Below, piece after piece: positions 48,539 through 58,352 of a DNA stretch of 64,000 bases (positions within the stretch are counted from its first letter, which is position 1; each line of letters starts with the position of its first letter). The notes under the pieces are model-generated. The model had not been told where the DNA came from. It did not search any database and worked only from the letters and a program-made list of their open reading frames with translations. The position numbers were made by a program, and so were the translations under genes. The stretch is from sequence record SRR31156797_2215; one strand, written 5' to 3'.

Positions 48539-50665
48539 CTATCTCTCCTTTATCCAAATACCACCATCAGCCTTCATAGCGAGCAATTGGGTTGTCTCCG
48601 CTAACTGACAGTCAATATCGCGATCCTTTAAACTGATTTTAACAGGTTCTCCTTGATAAAAGAGCGTAAATTTTAGTTCTTTTATTTTCTGTGGCAAATG
48701 ATTCGCTAATCGCAGGCCTTGATCGTAATACAACCCTGCAAAACCGTAAATCAAGCTCAGCCAGCTTCCCCCCATATTTGCTGCGTGAATGCCATCGACA
48801 ACATTTTTTTGGAGATCCGTTAAATCCATCAAAGCCGTATCCATAAAATAACGATAGGCTTTTTCAGAATCCCCAATTCGACTCGCCATCACGCTAAAAA
48901 TAGAACGAGACAAGGAGGAATCATGCGTCGTCACTTGTTCGTAATAGTCATAATCTTTTTTTAATTGCTCAAGACTGAAGTCTCCTGTATAGAGCATTTG
49001 GGCTAAAACCGTATCGGCTTGCTTACAGACTTGATGTTTGTAGATGACCATTGGATGATAATGCAGCAGGAGAGGATACTTTTCAGCAGGTGTAGTTTCA
49101 AATGGCCAGACTGCTTGTTCTAAGAATCCATCGTCTTGCTTCGTAATCCCTCGCTGTTCATCGTAACCAAAGTACATTAAGTCGGCTGCTTGCTGCCAAG
49201 CACTAATTGTTTCTTGGTATTTACCATACCGCTGTGCTAACTCAATGGCATAATATAGATTATTTTGAACCATTTTATTCGTATAAAAATTATTATTAAC
49301 AAGGGCACTGTACTCATCAGGTCCAGTCACTCCATTGATGCAAAAGGCAAGTTTGCCCTCTTTTTCTACTAGATCGCCATAGCTCAACCAGAATTTCGCC
49401 GTTTCAAAAACAACTTCACTGCCAACCGTTTCGATGAATGCCTGGTCGCCAGTCACTCGTTCATACAATTGGAATGCATAAACGATATCCGCATTGATAT
49501 GGACTTGGGCAGTTCCCGCTGGATAATAAGCACTCGTCTCATTTCCATCAATTGTTCGCCAAGCAAACAAAGCACCCTCTTGGCTTAGCTCCTGCGCCCG
49601 TTGTTTGGCTTGCGGCAAGATCTTCCCGCGATAGGAAAGCAATGCCTTGGCTATTTCAGGGTTCGTGAAAATAAAAAACGGCAACAGATACATTTCCGTA
49701 TCCCAGAAGTAATGCCCTTCATATCCCTCGCCAGTCAATCCTTTGGCTGCGAAATTTGTTCTGCCGTCTCGCCCCGCACCTTGATTCAAATGAAACAAAT
49801 TGAACCGAATGCCTTTTTGAAGAACTGGATCTCCTTCGATTTGAATATCACTTGCCGCCCAAAATTGCTGATAACTTTGTTGCTGCTCTTGCAAGAGAAC
49901 TTCAAAATCGGCTAACTCTTGGTTAAAAGGTGTTTCGTGATTTTGATTATCTTCAAGTAGTTTCATTTGGAAAACCGTCGTAAGCGTTTCCTCTGCTTGT
50001 ACTTGCTTTTCGCCATTGATCACTCGAATTGCTATACTTCGTTGACTATTTTCAGCAGTCCAAATCGCATAATCCTGATAATCAGCTTTTCGTAAGTGAT
50101 GTGCTTTACTGGCAACCCGAGGATCATCTGTTTGAACAATTGCTGCTTTTTGTTCTAACGGATGTGTCATGGAAATTAGCTCTGAGAAATTGGTGTTCTT
50201 AATTTGATACTGACAGACGTAGAGTTCACTTCGTGTCACAGAGGCAAACGACTGCATCACCAATTCAAAAGTTTTACCTAGTGGCGTTACTACTTTATAG
50301 GATTCATCCAACACGCCTTTTTCCAAATCCAAAGTCATTTGTATAGGCTTTACTTGCCATTCTGAAGCACTAGAGTCCTCGTCACCAATCTGTAAACGTA
50401 CGCCTCTTAGATTCGGCAGCTTGATGATCGTCTGATGCTCTTTGGCATAGCCGTATGCCCATTCACCATATTGGATCGGCTCACTATCAAAAAAGCCATT
50501 AACAAAGGAGCCTGGGTTTCCCTCGTAAAGCTCATTAACTTTTAAAGGATGCCCTGCCCGCACGCCAATTTGACCATTGCCAACTGCAAACAATGTTTCT
50601 AAGTATTCAGGGGTTTGATGAGAAAGTTCCTGTGCTCTTACTTTAAATGAATCATTTTTCGCCAT
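48539..50665 (-). CDS. GH65 phosphorylase, trehalose-phosphorylase-like
   Basis: AKGLTGEGYEGHYFWDTE, WRTIDG.E.SAYYPAGTAQ.HINAD, GPDEY, KQAD, HDSSLS. Confidence 0.85.
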   Translation of the reverse strand: MAKNDSFKVRAQELSHQTPEYLETLFAVGNGQIGVRAGHPLKVNELYEGNPGSFVNGFFDSEPIQYGEWAYGYAKEHQTIIKLPNLRGVRLQIGDEDSSASEWQVKPIQMTLDLEKGVLDESYKVVTPLGKTFELVMQSFASVTRSELYVCQYQIKNTNFSELISMTHPLEQKAAIVQTDDPRVASKAHHLRKADYQDYAIWTAENSQRSIAIRVINGEKQVQAEETLTTVFQMKLLEDNQNHETPFNQELADFEVLLQEQQQSYQQFWAASDIQIEGDPVLQKGIRFNLFHLNQGAGRDGRTNFAAKGLTGEGYEGHYFWDTEMYLLPFFIFTNPEIAKALLSYRGKILPQAKQRAQELSQEGALFAWRTIDGNETSAYYPAGTAQVHINADIVYAFQLYERVTGDQAFIETVGSEVVFETAKFWLSYGDLVEKEGKLAFCINGVTGPDEYSALVNNNFYTNKMVQNNLYYAIELAQRYGKYQETISAWQQAADLMYFGYDEQRGITKQDDGFLEQAVWPFETTPAEKYPLLLHYHPMVIYKHQVCKQADTVLAQMLYTGDFSLEQLKKDYDYYEQVTTHDSSLSRSIFSVMASRIGDSEKAYRYFMDTALMDLTDLQKNVVDGIHAANMGGSWLSLIYGFAGLYYDQGLRLANHLPQKIKELKFTLFYQGEPVKISLKDRDIDCQLAETTQLLAMKADGGIWIKER

Positions 50666-51488
50666 CCATTCGCACTCCTTGTAAGAAATATTTGTTGAAC
50701 AGCAAGTAAATGATCACAATGGGAATGATCGTGATCACACTTGCCGCCATCGTCTGATCCCATCGTACACCACCATTTCGACTTTGGAAAGTCTGCAACC
50801 CTAGAGTCAAAGTATATTTACTTGGCGTGGTCAAATAGAGCATTGGTTTCATGAATTCATTCCAAAAGCCCATAAAAATAAAGACAGCTTGTGTTGCGAT
50901 GGATGGTTTTGCTAATGGCATCACGATACGAAAGAATGTTTGAAATCTGCCGAGACCATCGATTGCCGCAGCTTCTTCCACATCTTTTGGAAAAGATAAA
51001 AAGAATTGACGCATCATAAAGATATTCCCGATGTTGATCGCAGCTGGTAAAATCAACGCTGAAAAACTATCTAACATTCCTAGATTCATCAAGATTAAGT
51101 AATTTGGAATCAACAAAACCTGAGCTGGCACCATCATCAATGCCAAAAACCCATAGTAAATTCGTTCACGCCCTGGAAAATTTAATCTTGCTAAGGCATA
51201 ACCTGCCATCGTATTTAATAAAATATTGATGGTCGTTCCAATAACGGATATAATCACGGAGTTTAGAAACCAACGCATAAACAAAGAAGAGCGCCCCAAG
51301 ACATATCGAAAATTGTCTAAAGTAAACTCATTGGGGATCAAACTCATATCCCCAGAAACAATTTCTCTATAGGGTTTGAAAGATGCAGCAATTGCCCAGA
51401 CAAAAGGATAAAAGGTCAGTACTGCATAAAGAATCAAGATCGTATAGAGCAAGATCTTTAAAATTTTTGTTTTCTCTTTTCCTCTCAC
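50652..51488 (-). CDS. Carbohydrate ABC transporter permease (MalG-like)
   Basis: EEAAAIDG EAA loop, P.AKP, WNEF. Confidence 0.92.
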   Translation of the reverse strand: MRGKEKTKILKILLYTILILYAVLTFYPFVWAIAASFKPYREIVSGDMSLIPNEFTLDNFRYVLGRSSLFMRWFLNSVIISVIGTTINILLNTMAGYALARLNFPGRERIYYGFLALMMVPAQVLLIPNYLILMNLGMLDSFSALILPAAINIGNIFMMRQFFLSFPKDVEEAAAIDGLGRFQTFFRIVMPLAKPSIATQAVFIFMGFWNEFMKPMLYLTTPSKYTLTLGLQTFQSRNGGVRWDQTMAASVITIIPIVIIYLLFNKYFLQGVRMDGEK

Positions 51489-51493
51489 GTACG

Positions 51494-52405
51494 TTACCCT
51501 CTTTCTTTGTTCAATTTTTCTGCTAAAAGTGACGTGATAAAGATAATAATTGCTAAAACGATCGCTAATGCTGCCGCATACCCCATCGTGTTCATTTGTC
51601 CAAAGGCGTATTGGTAAATCATTAGTGACAAGGTCAGAGTCGAATTGTTGGGTCCCCCTGATCCGTTCGAGAAGATATACGCCTGGTCAAACATCTGAAA
51701 GGTACCAATGATCCCCGTCAGCAGTACATAGGTAGTGATTGGGCGTAGATAGGGAATCGTGATATACCGTAATTTATCCACGGTTGTCGCACCATCGATC
51801 TCTGCTGCTTCGTACAAAGAATGAGGCAGATCAACTAAAGAAGCCAAATAGATCGTCATATAATAAGGCACGGTCGACCAGATATTCATTACCATAATCA
51901 CTTTCAACGCATAGGCCGGTTCTTGTAAAAAATTGATTGGTTCTGAGTAAAATCCTAAATTCATAAATAAGTCATTGACTGGACCGTAAATATTAAAAAT
52001 AAACATAAAGATGATCGTCAATGCTGAACTAGAAGTTAAAGTTGGCAAAAAATAAACCATCCGAAACAGTTTCTTCCCCTTGATTCCTTTGCTGCTTAAA
52101 ATATACGCGATAATCAAAGCAAAAATCGTTTGTAACGGAACGACGACCAAGGCAAACGTGGCCGTATTTCTAAGAGCGATTCGCGCTTTTTGATCGGTGA
52201 AGATACGTAAATAGTTTTCTATCCCTTTAAAAGAAAATGTATTGGTAAACAAATTGACGTCGTTGAAAGATAGATAAAAAGCAAAGAGAACAGCTAAGAC
52301 GAAAAAGATTCCTACGACAATGATTGCTGGAGCCAGAAAGAGCCACGCTTGTCGGATTTCTTGCCATTGGCTTTTTGTATAGTTAGTTTTTTTTCGTTCC
52401 ATCAT
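51494..52405 (-). CDS. Carbohydrate ABC transporter permease (MalF/UgpA-like)
   Basis: LYEAAEIDGA, ITIP.LRP, FQMFD. Confidence 0.92.
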   Translation of the reverse strand: MMERKKTNYTKSQWQEIRQAWLFLAPAIIVVGIFFVLAVLFAFYLSFNDVNLFTNTFSFKGIENYLRIFTDQKARIALRNTATFALVVVPLQTIFALIIAYILSSKGIKGKKLFRMVYFLPTLTSSSALTIIFMFIFNIYGPVNDLFMNLGFYSEPINFLQEPAYALKVIMVMNIWSTVPYYMTIYLASLVDLPHSLYEAAEIDGATTVDKLRYITIPYLRPITTYVLLTGIIGTFQMFDQAYIFSNGSGGPNNSTLTLSLMIYQYAFGQMNTMGYAAALAIVLAIIIFITSLLAEKLNKERG

Positions 52406-52429
52406 GTTGTCACCTTTCCCAAAAGAAAA

Positions 52430-52452
52430 GAGAGAGGAGTTCCTCTCCCTCG
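52430..52452 (-). other. Intercistronic hairpin after SBP gene (mRNA stabiliser or partial terminator)
   Basis: gagagagga-gt-tcctctccctc. Confidence 0.5.
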
Positions 52453-52464
52453 TTCAAATTCAGA

Positions 52465-53742
52465 CTAGTTTGCTGTAATATCTGCGTTCGCTTGTTCATC
52501 AGCAGCTTCCATTGCTTCTTCAAAGGTCATGTTTCCATTTAAAGCATTCGGTAAAAAGTTTTGATAGGCTTTGTTGATCGTATCTAAAGTGGTGCCCTTT
52601 TGCCAAATCGTTGCATAATCCCAAGCCTCTAGGTGAACATTCAAGTCACTGTTTTCTGTGATTTTGGCCGCATCTGCTACATCTTGACGACTAGGTAATG
52701 TCCCGGTTCCTTCAACCCATGCTTGCATACCGCTTTGACCAGTAGCGTGTTGAATCCATTTATCTGCCAAGGCACTTTTTTCAGTCCCAACATATTTTCC
52801 CCAACCGACAGAAAACATCATTGACCCTTCCGTTCCTTTATACGTTGGCATTTCTTTTACAACAAAAGGAATATCAGGAAATTCTGTCTTAAGTGTCTCA
52901 TACACCCAGTTTCCTTCATCCATGATCGCAATTTTTCCAGAACCAAAAGCTTCGCCGTTCCAACCTGTTCCGATATCTTGCGGTGTAACAGCTGCTTTCG
53001 TATCGACCAACTCTTTTAAAATCGAAAGATTATCAACTACTGCTGGATCAGCCAAATTAGCCGTCCCATCTTCATTGATTGGTTGAGCATTTTCACGCGT
53101 TGCAAGATGATAGTTGCGAGCCATATCTTGGTTATAGCTCATGGCAAAAACATTTCCGTCACCATACGCCTCATTGATTTTTTCTTGGAACGACGGCAGC
53201 CACTCAACATACGCTTCAAGTGTGTCTGGCACTTCATCGATCGACACACCCGCTTCTTCAAAAATCGCTGTATTGAAATAGAGTGCTAAAGTTGACATAT
53301 CTTTGGGAACAGCCTGCAGTTGTCCATCCGAAGTCGTAAAAGCATCGATCAAGCTATCATAAAACTGCTCACTTTCAAAATTAGCCGGATCCAGCTCTGC
53401 AAGTGTGCCATTCTCTGAGAACCATGGGAACATATAGGCATCCACGTAAAAGACATCTGGTGCCGTTCTACCAGCCATGTCAGCTTGAATTTGGGTATTA
53501 TAATCGGTATATACTTTCTTTTCAACTGTTGCACCCGTTGCTTCTTCAAAAGATTGGATCATCTCATCCAACGATTTTTCTTCTGCCTCGTTGCCACCCC
53601 AAACACCGATCGTTAACGAATCCCCTGTGAAATCCGTCTGATCTGTCGAACTACTGGTGTCTTCGTTTCCCCCACAAGCTGCCAGCACCACTGCTGCAGA
53701 CAATAGAAGCCCTGTTCCTACTACTTTTTTCCATCCAGTCAT
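52465..53742 (-). CDS. Carbohydrate ABC transporter solute-binding lipoprotein
   Basis: Lipobox LAAC; APDVFYVD, LYFN, F..GK.A....G.W. Confidence 0.93.
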   Translation of the reverse strand: MTGWKKVVGTGLLLSAAVVLAACGGNEDTSSSTDQTDFTGDSLTIGVWGGNEAEEKSLDEMIQSFEEATGATVEKKVYTDYNTQIQADMAGRTAPDVFYVDAYMFPWFSENGTLAELDPANFESEQFYDSLIDAFTTSDGQLQAVPKDMSTLALYFNTAIFEEAGVSIDEVPDTLEAYVEWLPSFQEKINEAYGDGNVFAMSYNQDMARNYHLATRENAQPINEDGTANLADPAVVDNLSILKELVDTKAAVTPQDIGTGWNGEAFGSGKIAIMDEGNWVYETLKTEFPDIPFVVKEMPTYKGTEGSMMFSVGWGKYVGTEKSALADKWIQHATGQSGMQAWVEGTGTLPSRQDVADAAKITENSDLNVHLEAWDYATIWQKGTTLDTINKAYQNFLPNALNGNMTFEEAMEAADEQANADITAN

Positions 53743-53753
53743 TTTATTTCCCC

Positions 53754-56081
53754 CTAAAAAGTGATTTTGATTTGTTCTTCAAGCAGATAAACCTTATCAA
53801 AAGCGATAAACTCAATCGCTTGCTCCCCATGGTTGGTGACCGTAAAACCTTCCTGTGTGACCTCAATCTTTAATGGCTGTTGGTGCCACATAATACCAAA
53901 TTCAAGTGCTTCCCAAGCCTTTGGTAAATGTGGTTCGATTCTTAACTGGCCGTCTAAACAACGGACACCACCATAGCCGAAGACCGTCATTTGCCAAATA
54001 CCGCCGAGTGATGCTGCATGAATCCCTTCATTGGAAGACAGCATATTTTCTCCCATATCAATGTTGATTGCTTGTTGAAACAAATCATAAGAAAGTGCTA
54101 TTTCCCCTAAATCAGCAGCGAGGATGGCATGTGTCGATAAGGATAAGGAAGAATCATGCAACGTTTTCGGCTCATAGTAATCCCAATTCAACCGTTTCTC
54201 TTCTTTTGGAAAAAGGTTCTCAAATAAGAACAAGAGCAAAAGAACATCCGCTTGTTTCGAAACTTGCATCTCGTTGACCTGTTCTAAGTTATACTCATGG
54301 AACAGTATGCCTACTTGCGAATCATTTTTATATTTCGTGAGATCGATCTCTTTTTTCGTCAAATAGGTATCATCTTGCGGGATGATTCCCGCTTCATTCG
54401 GTTGCGGTAAATAAATAGCAGCTACTTTTGCTTGCCATTCTTGATAAGCTTCATTTAATGGTAATTTTTCAGCTAGTTTCGTAAATTGTTCTGGCTGGTT
54501 CTTTTTCAACTCTTCATACAATGAAATAGCTAATTGAATGTTCCAGTGCGCAGTATGATTCGTGAAAGCATTATTATCGACATGCTCCTTATATTCATCT
54601 GGTCCGACTACGTCTAAAATTTCAAAGCGCTGGTTTTCTTCGGACCACTCTAAACGACTCGCCCAGAAGATCGCCGTATCAAAAATCACTTCATAGCCTT
54701 TTTCCCATGCAAATTGTTGATCATTCGTTACATCAATAAATTGTTTGATGCCGTAGGTGACATCACTGGTAATATGCTGTTCAATAAATCCTGACCAAAT
54801 TTTCGTTGGTAAGCCCGTAAGGATATCCGCAGCGCCCCAAACTGGCGTAGTCTCACCATCTTCAGGCCAAGCAGCTTCCCACGGAAATTGGGCGCCTTGA
54901 TAGCCGTTCTCAGTAGCTTTTTTATGGGCACCATCCAAACCTAAATAGCGATAAGTCACTAATTTTTTGGCGATTTCTGGGTGTGTGAAGGTAAAATATG
55001 GCAGCATAAAAATCTCTGTATCCCAAAAGGTATGTCCTTTGTACCCTTCCCCAGATAGGCCTTTGGCACCTATGTTCATGCGTTCGTCATGGGCTGGTGT
55101 CATCACATGTAGATGATATTTTGCAAAATGAATCGCTAATTGATCTAGTGTGTTCTCTGTCTTGATTTTGATTGGAAAGACGGACCAGACTTCTTTGTCC
55201 CATGCCGCTGCTGAAGCTTTTGCTAATTCCTGATAGCCGTTTTTGCGAATCTCTTTCAGCTCTTCAAGGGCAATCTTCTTCAAATCTTGTGGTGTCTTTC
55301 CTAAATGCTCTTTATCGATCGTGGTATAGACAGAAGAAAACTTCTCAAGCTTCAACGTCTCATTAGGTGCCAAGGTTTGCCAGTAACGATTGTAGATTTT
55401 CCGTCTTCCCATCTCGATCCGCTTCTTGGTTCCATCATAGCAATCTTCTGTTTTTTCTAGATTATGTGCTGTCGAAAGAACAAAGGCGATCTTAGATTGA
55501 GTGGTCTTTGGCATCATTTGTAAGAAACGATTTTCTGTTAATGATTTGTCACCTTCAGTAAAATGCTGTGAGCCGCTATTTGTCTTTTGTCCGTCAATAC
55601 CAGAAATAATTTCCAACGTGACTTCTTTTCCTAAATTTTCGACCAGCACTTGTTGCGTAAACACATGCTTTTGGGCAAAGGAAACACATCGCTTAAAGGT
55701 CAGTTCGACATTAATCTGACCATGTTTCCATTGAAAGGAGCGCGTGAGTTCCCCAGTTCTCAAATTTAAGACACGTGAATAGTTTGAATATTTGCCTTTT
55801 GATAAATCTAATCGTTCGCCATCAAAAAGGAGCTCCATTCCAATCATATCCGGCACATTAGGAAGCTCAGTCACTTCATTTTCGTCGAATTTATTAAAGG
55901 TTCCTGCAACAAAAAGATTACGCGTTTCGCCAACATATTTCTCTTCTGTCACAGAGCGCATCCCCAGATACCCGTTGCCCAAACACATGATGGCTTCTGC
56001 TTTGCCTAACCATTTTGTATCAAAGGTCTTTTCCGTAATTTTCCAAGGGTCTTCTTTTAAATACTGCATCGCTGTCTCCAT
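53754..56081 (-). CDS. GH65 phosphorylase, kojibiose-phosphorylase-like
   Basis: LGNGYLGMR, AKGLSGEGYKGHTFWDTE, FPWEAA..DGE.TP.W...EQHITSD, GPDEY, KQAD, HDSSLS. Confidence 0.85.
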   Translation of the reverse strand: METAMQYLKEDPWKITEKTFDTKWLGKAEAIMCLGNGYLGMRSVTEEKYVGETRNLFVAGTFNKFDENEVTELPNVPDMIGMELLFDGERLDLSKGKYSNYSRVLNLRTGELTRSFQWKHGQINVELTFKRCVSFAQKHVFTQQVLVENLGKEVTLEIISGIDGQKTNSGSQHFTEGDKSLTENRFLQMMPKTTQSKIAFVLSTAHNLEKTEDCYDGTKKRIEMGRRKIYNRYWQTLAPNETLKLEKFSSVYTTIDKEHLGKTPQDLKKIALEELKEIRKNGYQELAKASAAAWDKEVWSVFPIKIKTENTLDQLAIHFAKYHLHVMTPAHDERMNIGAKGLSGEGYKGHTFWDTEIFMLPYFTFTHPEIAKKLVTYRYLGLDGAHKKATENGYQGAQFPWEAAWPEDGETTPVWGAADILTGLPTKIWSGFIEQHITSDVTYGIKQFIDVTNDQQFAWEKGYEVIFDTAIFWASRLEWSEENQRFEILDVVGPDEYKEHVDNNAFTNHTAHWNIQLAISLYEELKKNQPEQFTKLAEKLPLNEAYQEWQAKVAAIYLPQPNEAGIIPQDDTYLTKKEIDLTKYKNDSQVGILFHEYNLEQVNEMQVSKQADVLLLLFLFENLFPKEEKRLNWDYYEPKTLHDSSLSLSTHAILAADLGEIALSYDLFQQAINIDMGENMLSSNEGIHAASLGGIWQMTVFGYGGVRCLDGQLRIEPHLPKAWEALEFGIMWHQQPLKIEVTQEGFTVTNHGEQAIEFIAFDKVYLLEEQIKITF

Positions 56082-56131
56082 TTTTTCCTCCTATTTCTTC
56101 AGAAAACGTTTTAGTTTCTTTCAAAAATTTT

Positions 56132-56425
56132 TTATTTATAAAAATAGTTATTGGACCGAAACAAAAGTACAATCAAGCCCATGAAATAACTACCAATTAC
56201 TAGGACAATTGCTGCGTTAAGAAACACCCATCCTACGATCAAGTGGAGTGGCGCATAGTAAGCATAATCTCTAATTATTTTTGCGGCTTGGTATTCGTTT
56301 CGCCACTTCCAAGCAATAAGACTAGCACTAGCCCAAGCAAAAATAACTAACAAAAGTAGCGCTTGTGTATTGATCTCCAATAAAGGATTCCCTGTTAACA
56401 ACTCATCGAAGGAGGTTTCGTTCAT
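56132..56425 (-). CDS. Small membrane protein (about 3 TM)
   Basis: Hydrophobic ORF overlapping the RDD gene; start 56425 or 56434. Confidence 0.6.
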   Translation of the reverse strand: MNETSFDELLTGNPLLEINTQALLLLVIFAWASASLIAWKWRNEYQAAKIIRDYAYYAPLHLIVGWVFLNAAIVLVIGSYFMGLIVLLFRSNNYFYK

Positions 56426-56816
56426 ACTGATCATTCCCCTGTTTCTTATTGAACCCCACTACACTTTGTCCTAAAATGTCGTGTAACGTTTTTTTCGTAC
56501 CTAGATAGAGGAAGAAAGAACCAGTGAAAAACAACCAACCGATCATTGGTAAAAAGTAGAGCAATTTTGCTACTTCCCTCATTCCTACAGTTAATAAATT
56601 ACGTTGATTCGTAAAAACAACGAGTTTCGCAAAATGTTTGCCAATCGTTTTCCCCTCAAAACTACTCAAACAAATCATGTTGTAGACCACAAAGAGAAGT
56701 TGTGGCAAGACAATCGTTACTCCAGCAGGTACCATTAGGAGATAGCTAAGCATGGTACTTGGTAAAAAAATGATCATGCAATCAATCAAAAATGCTAGCA
56801 ATCTTAGTAACAGCAT
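56403..56816 (-). CDS. RDD family membrane protein
   Basis: RLLAFLID, G.TIGK, RE, LHD.L..S.V. Confidence 0.85.
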   Translation of the reverse strand: MLLLRLLAFLIDCMIIFLPSTMLSYLLMVPAGVTIVLPQLLFVVYNMICLSSFEGKTIGKHFAKLVVFTNQRNLLTVGMREVAKLLYFLPMIGWLFFTGSFFLYLGTKKTLHDILGQSVVGFNKKQGNDQYERNLLR

Positions 56817-56833
56817 ATTTGTCCCCCTTTTTT

Positions 56834-56962
56834 CGAAAACCTTTTCGTTACATCCACATATTACCAGACATCTTTCCTCTATTCAAGCGTTTTCATAAAA
56901 AATAATTTTTATTTTTTTCCGATTCCCTAATGGAAAATCGCGTAAATACTAAAACGTTTTAG
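56834..56962. promoter_or_regulatory. LacI operators, cre and promoter of the RDD-GH65 operon
   Basis: CGAAAACCTTTTCG (56834-47), CTAAAACGTTTTAG (56949-62), cre-like TGAAAACGCTTGAA on minus (56882-95), TTGAAT-17-TAATAT on minus; another AAAACGTTTT at 56103-12. Confidence 0.65.
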
Positions 56963-57046
56963 ATTGTCTGTTTTTTTGCAAGCGATTTGGTTGGGAACCA
57001 GCTTTACTTGTGATACCATGAAGCAAATACGAAAGAAGGCGATTTC

Positions 57047-58261
57047 TTGGATTTATGGCTTACAAATGTACAACTTGAGACGAGTTATTTAAAAGAAGGC
57101 GATTGGTCTTATGGAACCAAAACAGAAAATACAGCAATCGGGATCAATGATGGAAAAATAGCGGAGATCGTGCCGATGACCGAATGGCAGGCATCAAGCG
57201 AAGCGACGATCATTGATGGGGGAAATCAGTTATTGTTGCCAGGATTGATCGAAAAACATTGTCATTTGGACAAAAGTAAATTAGGTACTCCTTGGCGTCC
57301 AGTAACGCCGGCAGCTAGCTTGGTGGAACGATTTGAAACTGAGATTCCCCAATTAGATGCCTTGCCGTTATCGATCAAAGAACGCGGACAAGCGCTGATC
57401 GATTTAGAACTGCCTCATGGTGCGGTGATGTTCCGCTCACATATTGATATTGAACCAATGACTCAGCTGCGTTATTTTGATGCGATTACCGAATTAGTTG
57501 CCGAACAACCTTTTGGCTCGGAGTTGGTCTTATTCCCACAACATGGCTTATTGCGCTCAAATGCTGCTTCTTTGATTGAAGAAGCCTTAGCAACGGGCAA
57601 AGCATCTTTTATTGGCGGTGTTGATCCTTATACACTCGATCAAGATTACCAGGCTTCCTTACGGACAACTTTTGAACTTGCTCAAAAAGGACATGTCGGG
57701 ATTGACCTCCATCTTCACGATCGGCAAGAAGCTGGTAGAGCGACCGTCAAAGAAATGATTCGTTTGACGAAGGAATTCAATATGCAAGGAAATGTGGCGA
57801 TCAGTCACGCCTTTGGTCTAAATGACTTTGAAGGCACAGAACGCAAAGAAGTCTTTCAAGCCTTAGCAGATTTAGAGATCCACATCATTTCAAGTATTCC
57901 CATCAGCCCTGGCACGATTCCACCGCTTAAGGAATTGCAAAGCTATGGCGTTGCTGTTCATATTGGTTGCGACAACGTCTATGATTCTTGGTCTTCTCTA
58001 GGAGATGGTTCTTTACAAGAAAAACTGGCCCGCTATTTAGAGATTTTTGCCGTCAAAAGTCAGGAAGACTTGACGCAAGCATTAGGTTTAGTCACGGATG
58101 GCAAAGTCCCGTTGGATAAAAACGGTGCGCAGCAATGGCCTAAGGTTGGTGATTCGGCTGATTTCTTACTGACACCAGCTACTTGTACGGCAGAATTCGT
58201 TGCCCGTAAAGGCTTCGTCAGCAAAAGCTTTTATCAAGGAACAGTTGTTTTCACCGCATAA
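57047..58261 (+). CDS. Amidohydrolase, cytosine-deaminase (CodA)-like family
   Basis: HCHLDK, RSHID, FPQ.G, HLHD, SHA, GCDNV.D.W; TTG start after GAAGG. Confidence 0.82.
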   Translation: MDLWLTNVQLETSYLKEGDWSYGTKTENTAIGINDGKIAEIVPMTEWQASSEATIIDGGNQLLLPGLIEKHCHLDKSKLGTPWRPVTPAASLVERFETEIPQLDALPLSIKERGQALIDLELPHGAVMFRSHIDIEPMTQLRYFDAITELVAEQPFGSELVLFPQHGLLRSNAASLIEEALATGKASFIGGVDPYTLDQDYQASLRTTFELAQKGHVGIDLHLHDRQEAGRATVKEMIRLTKEFNMQGNVAISHAFGLNDFEGTERKEVFQALADLEIHIISSIPISPGTIPPLKELQSYGVAVHIGCDNVYDSWSSLGDGSLQEKLARYLEIFAVKSQEDLTQALGLVTDGKVPLDKNGAQQWPKVGDSADFLLTPATCTAEFVARKGFVSKSFYQGTVVFTA

Positions 58262-58274
58262 ATCTTACCTATAT

Positions 58275-58318
58275 AAAAGGCATCTGCGCTTCTTTTTAGA
58301 GGCGCAGATGCCTTTTTT
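58275..58318. terminator. Bidirectional intrinsic terminator
   Basis: aaaaggcatctgcgc...gcgcagatgcctttt. Confidence 0.88.
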
Positions 58319-58352
58319 CAGGAATAGTCGTTTGCTAATTGTACATAGTCTT

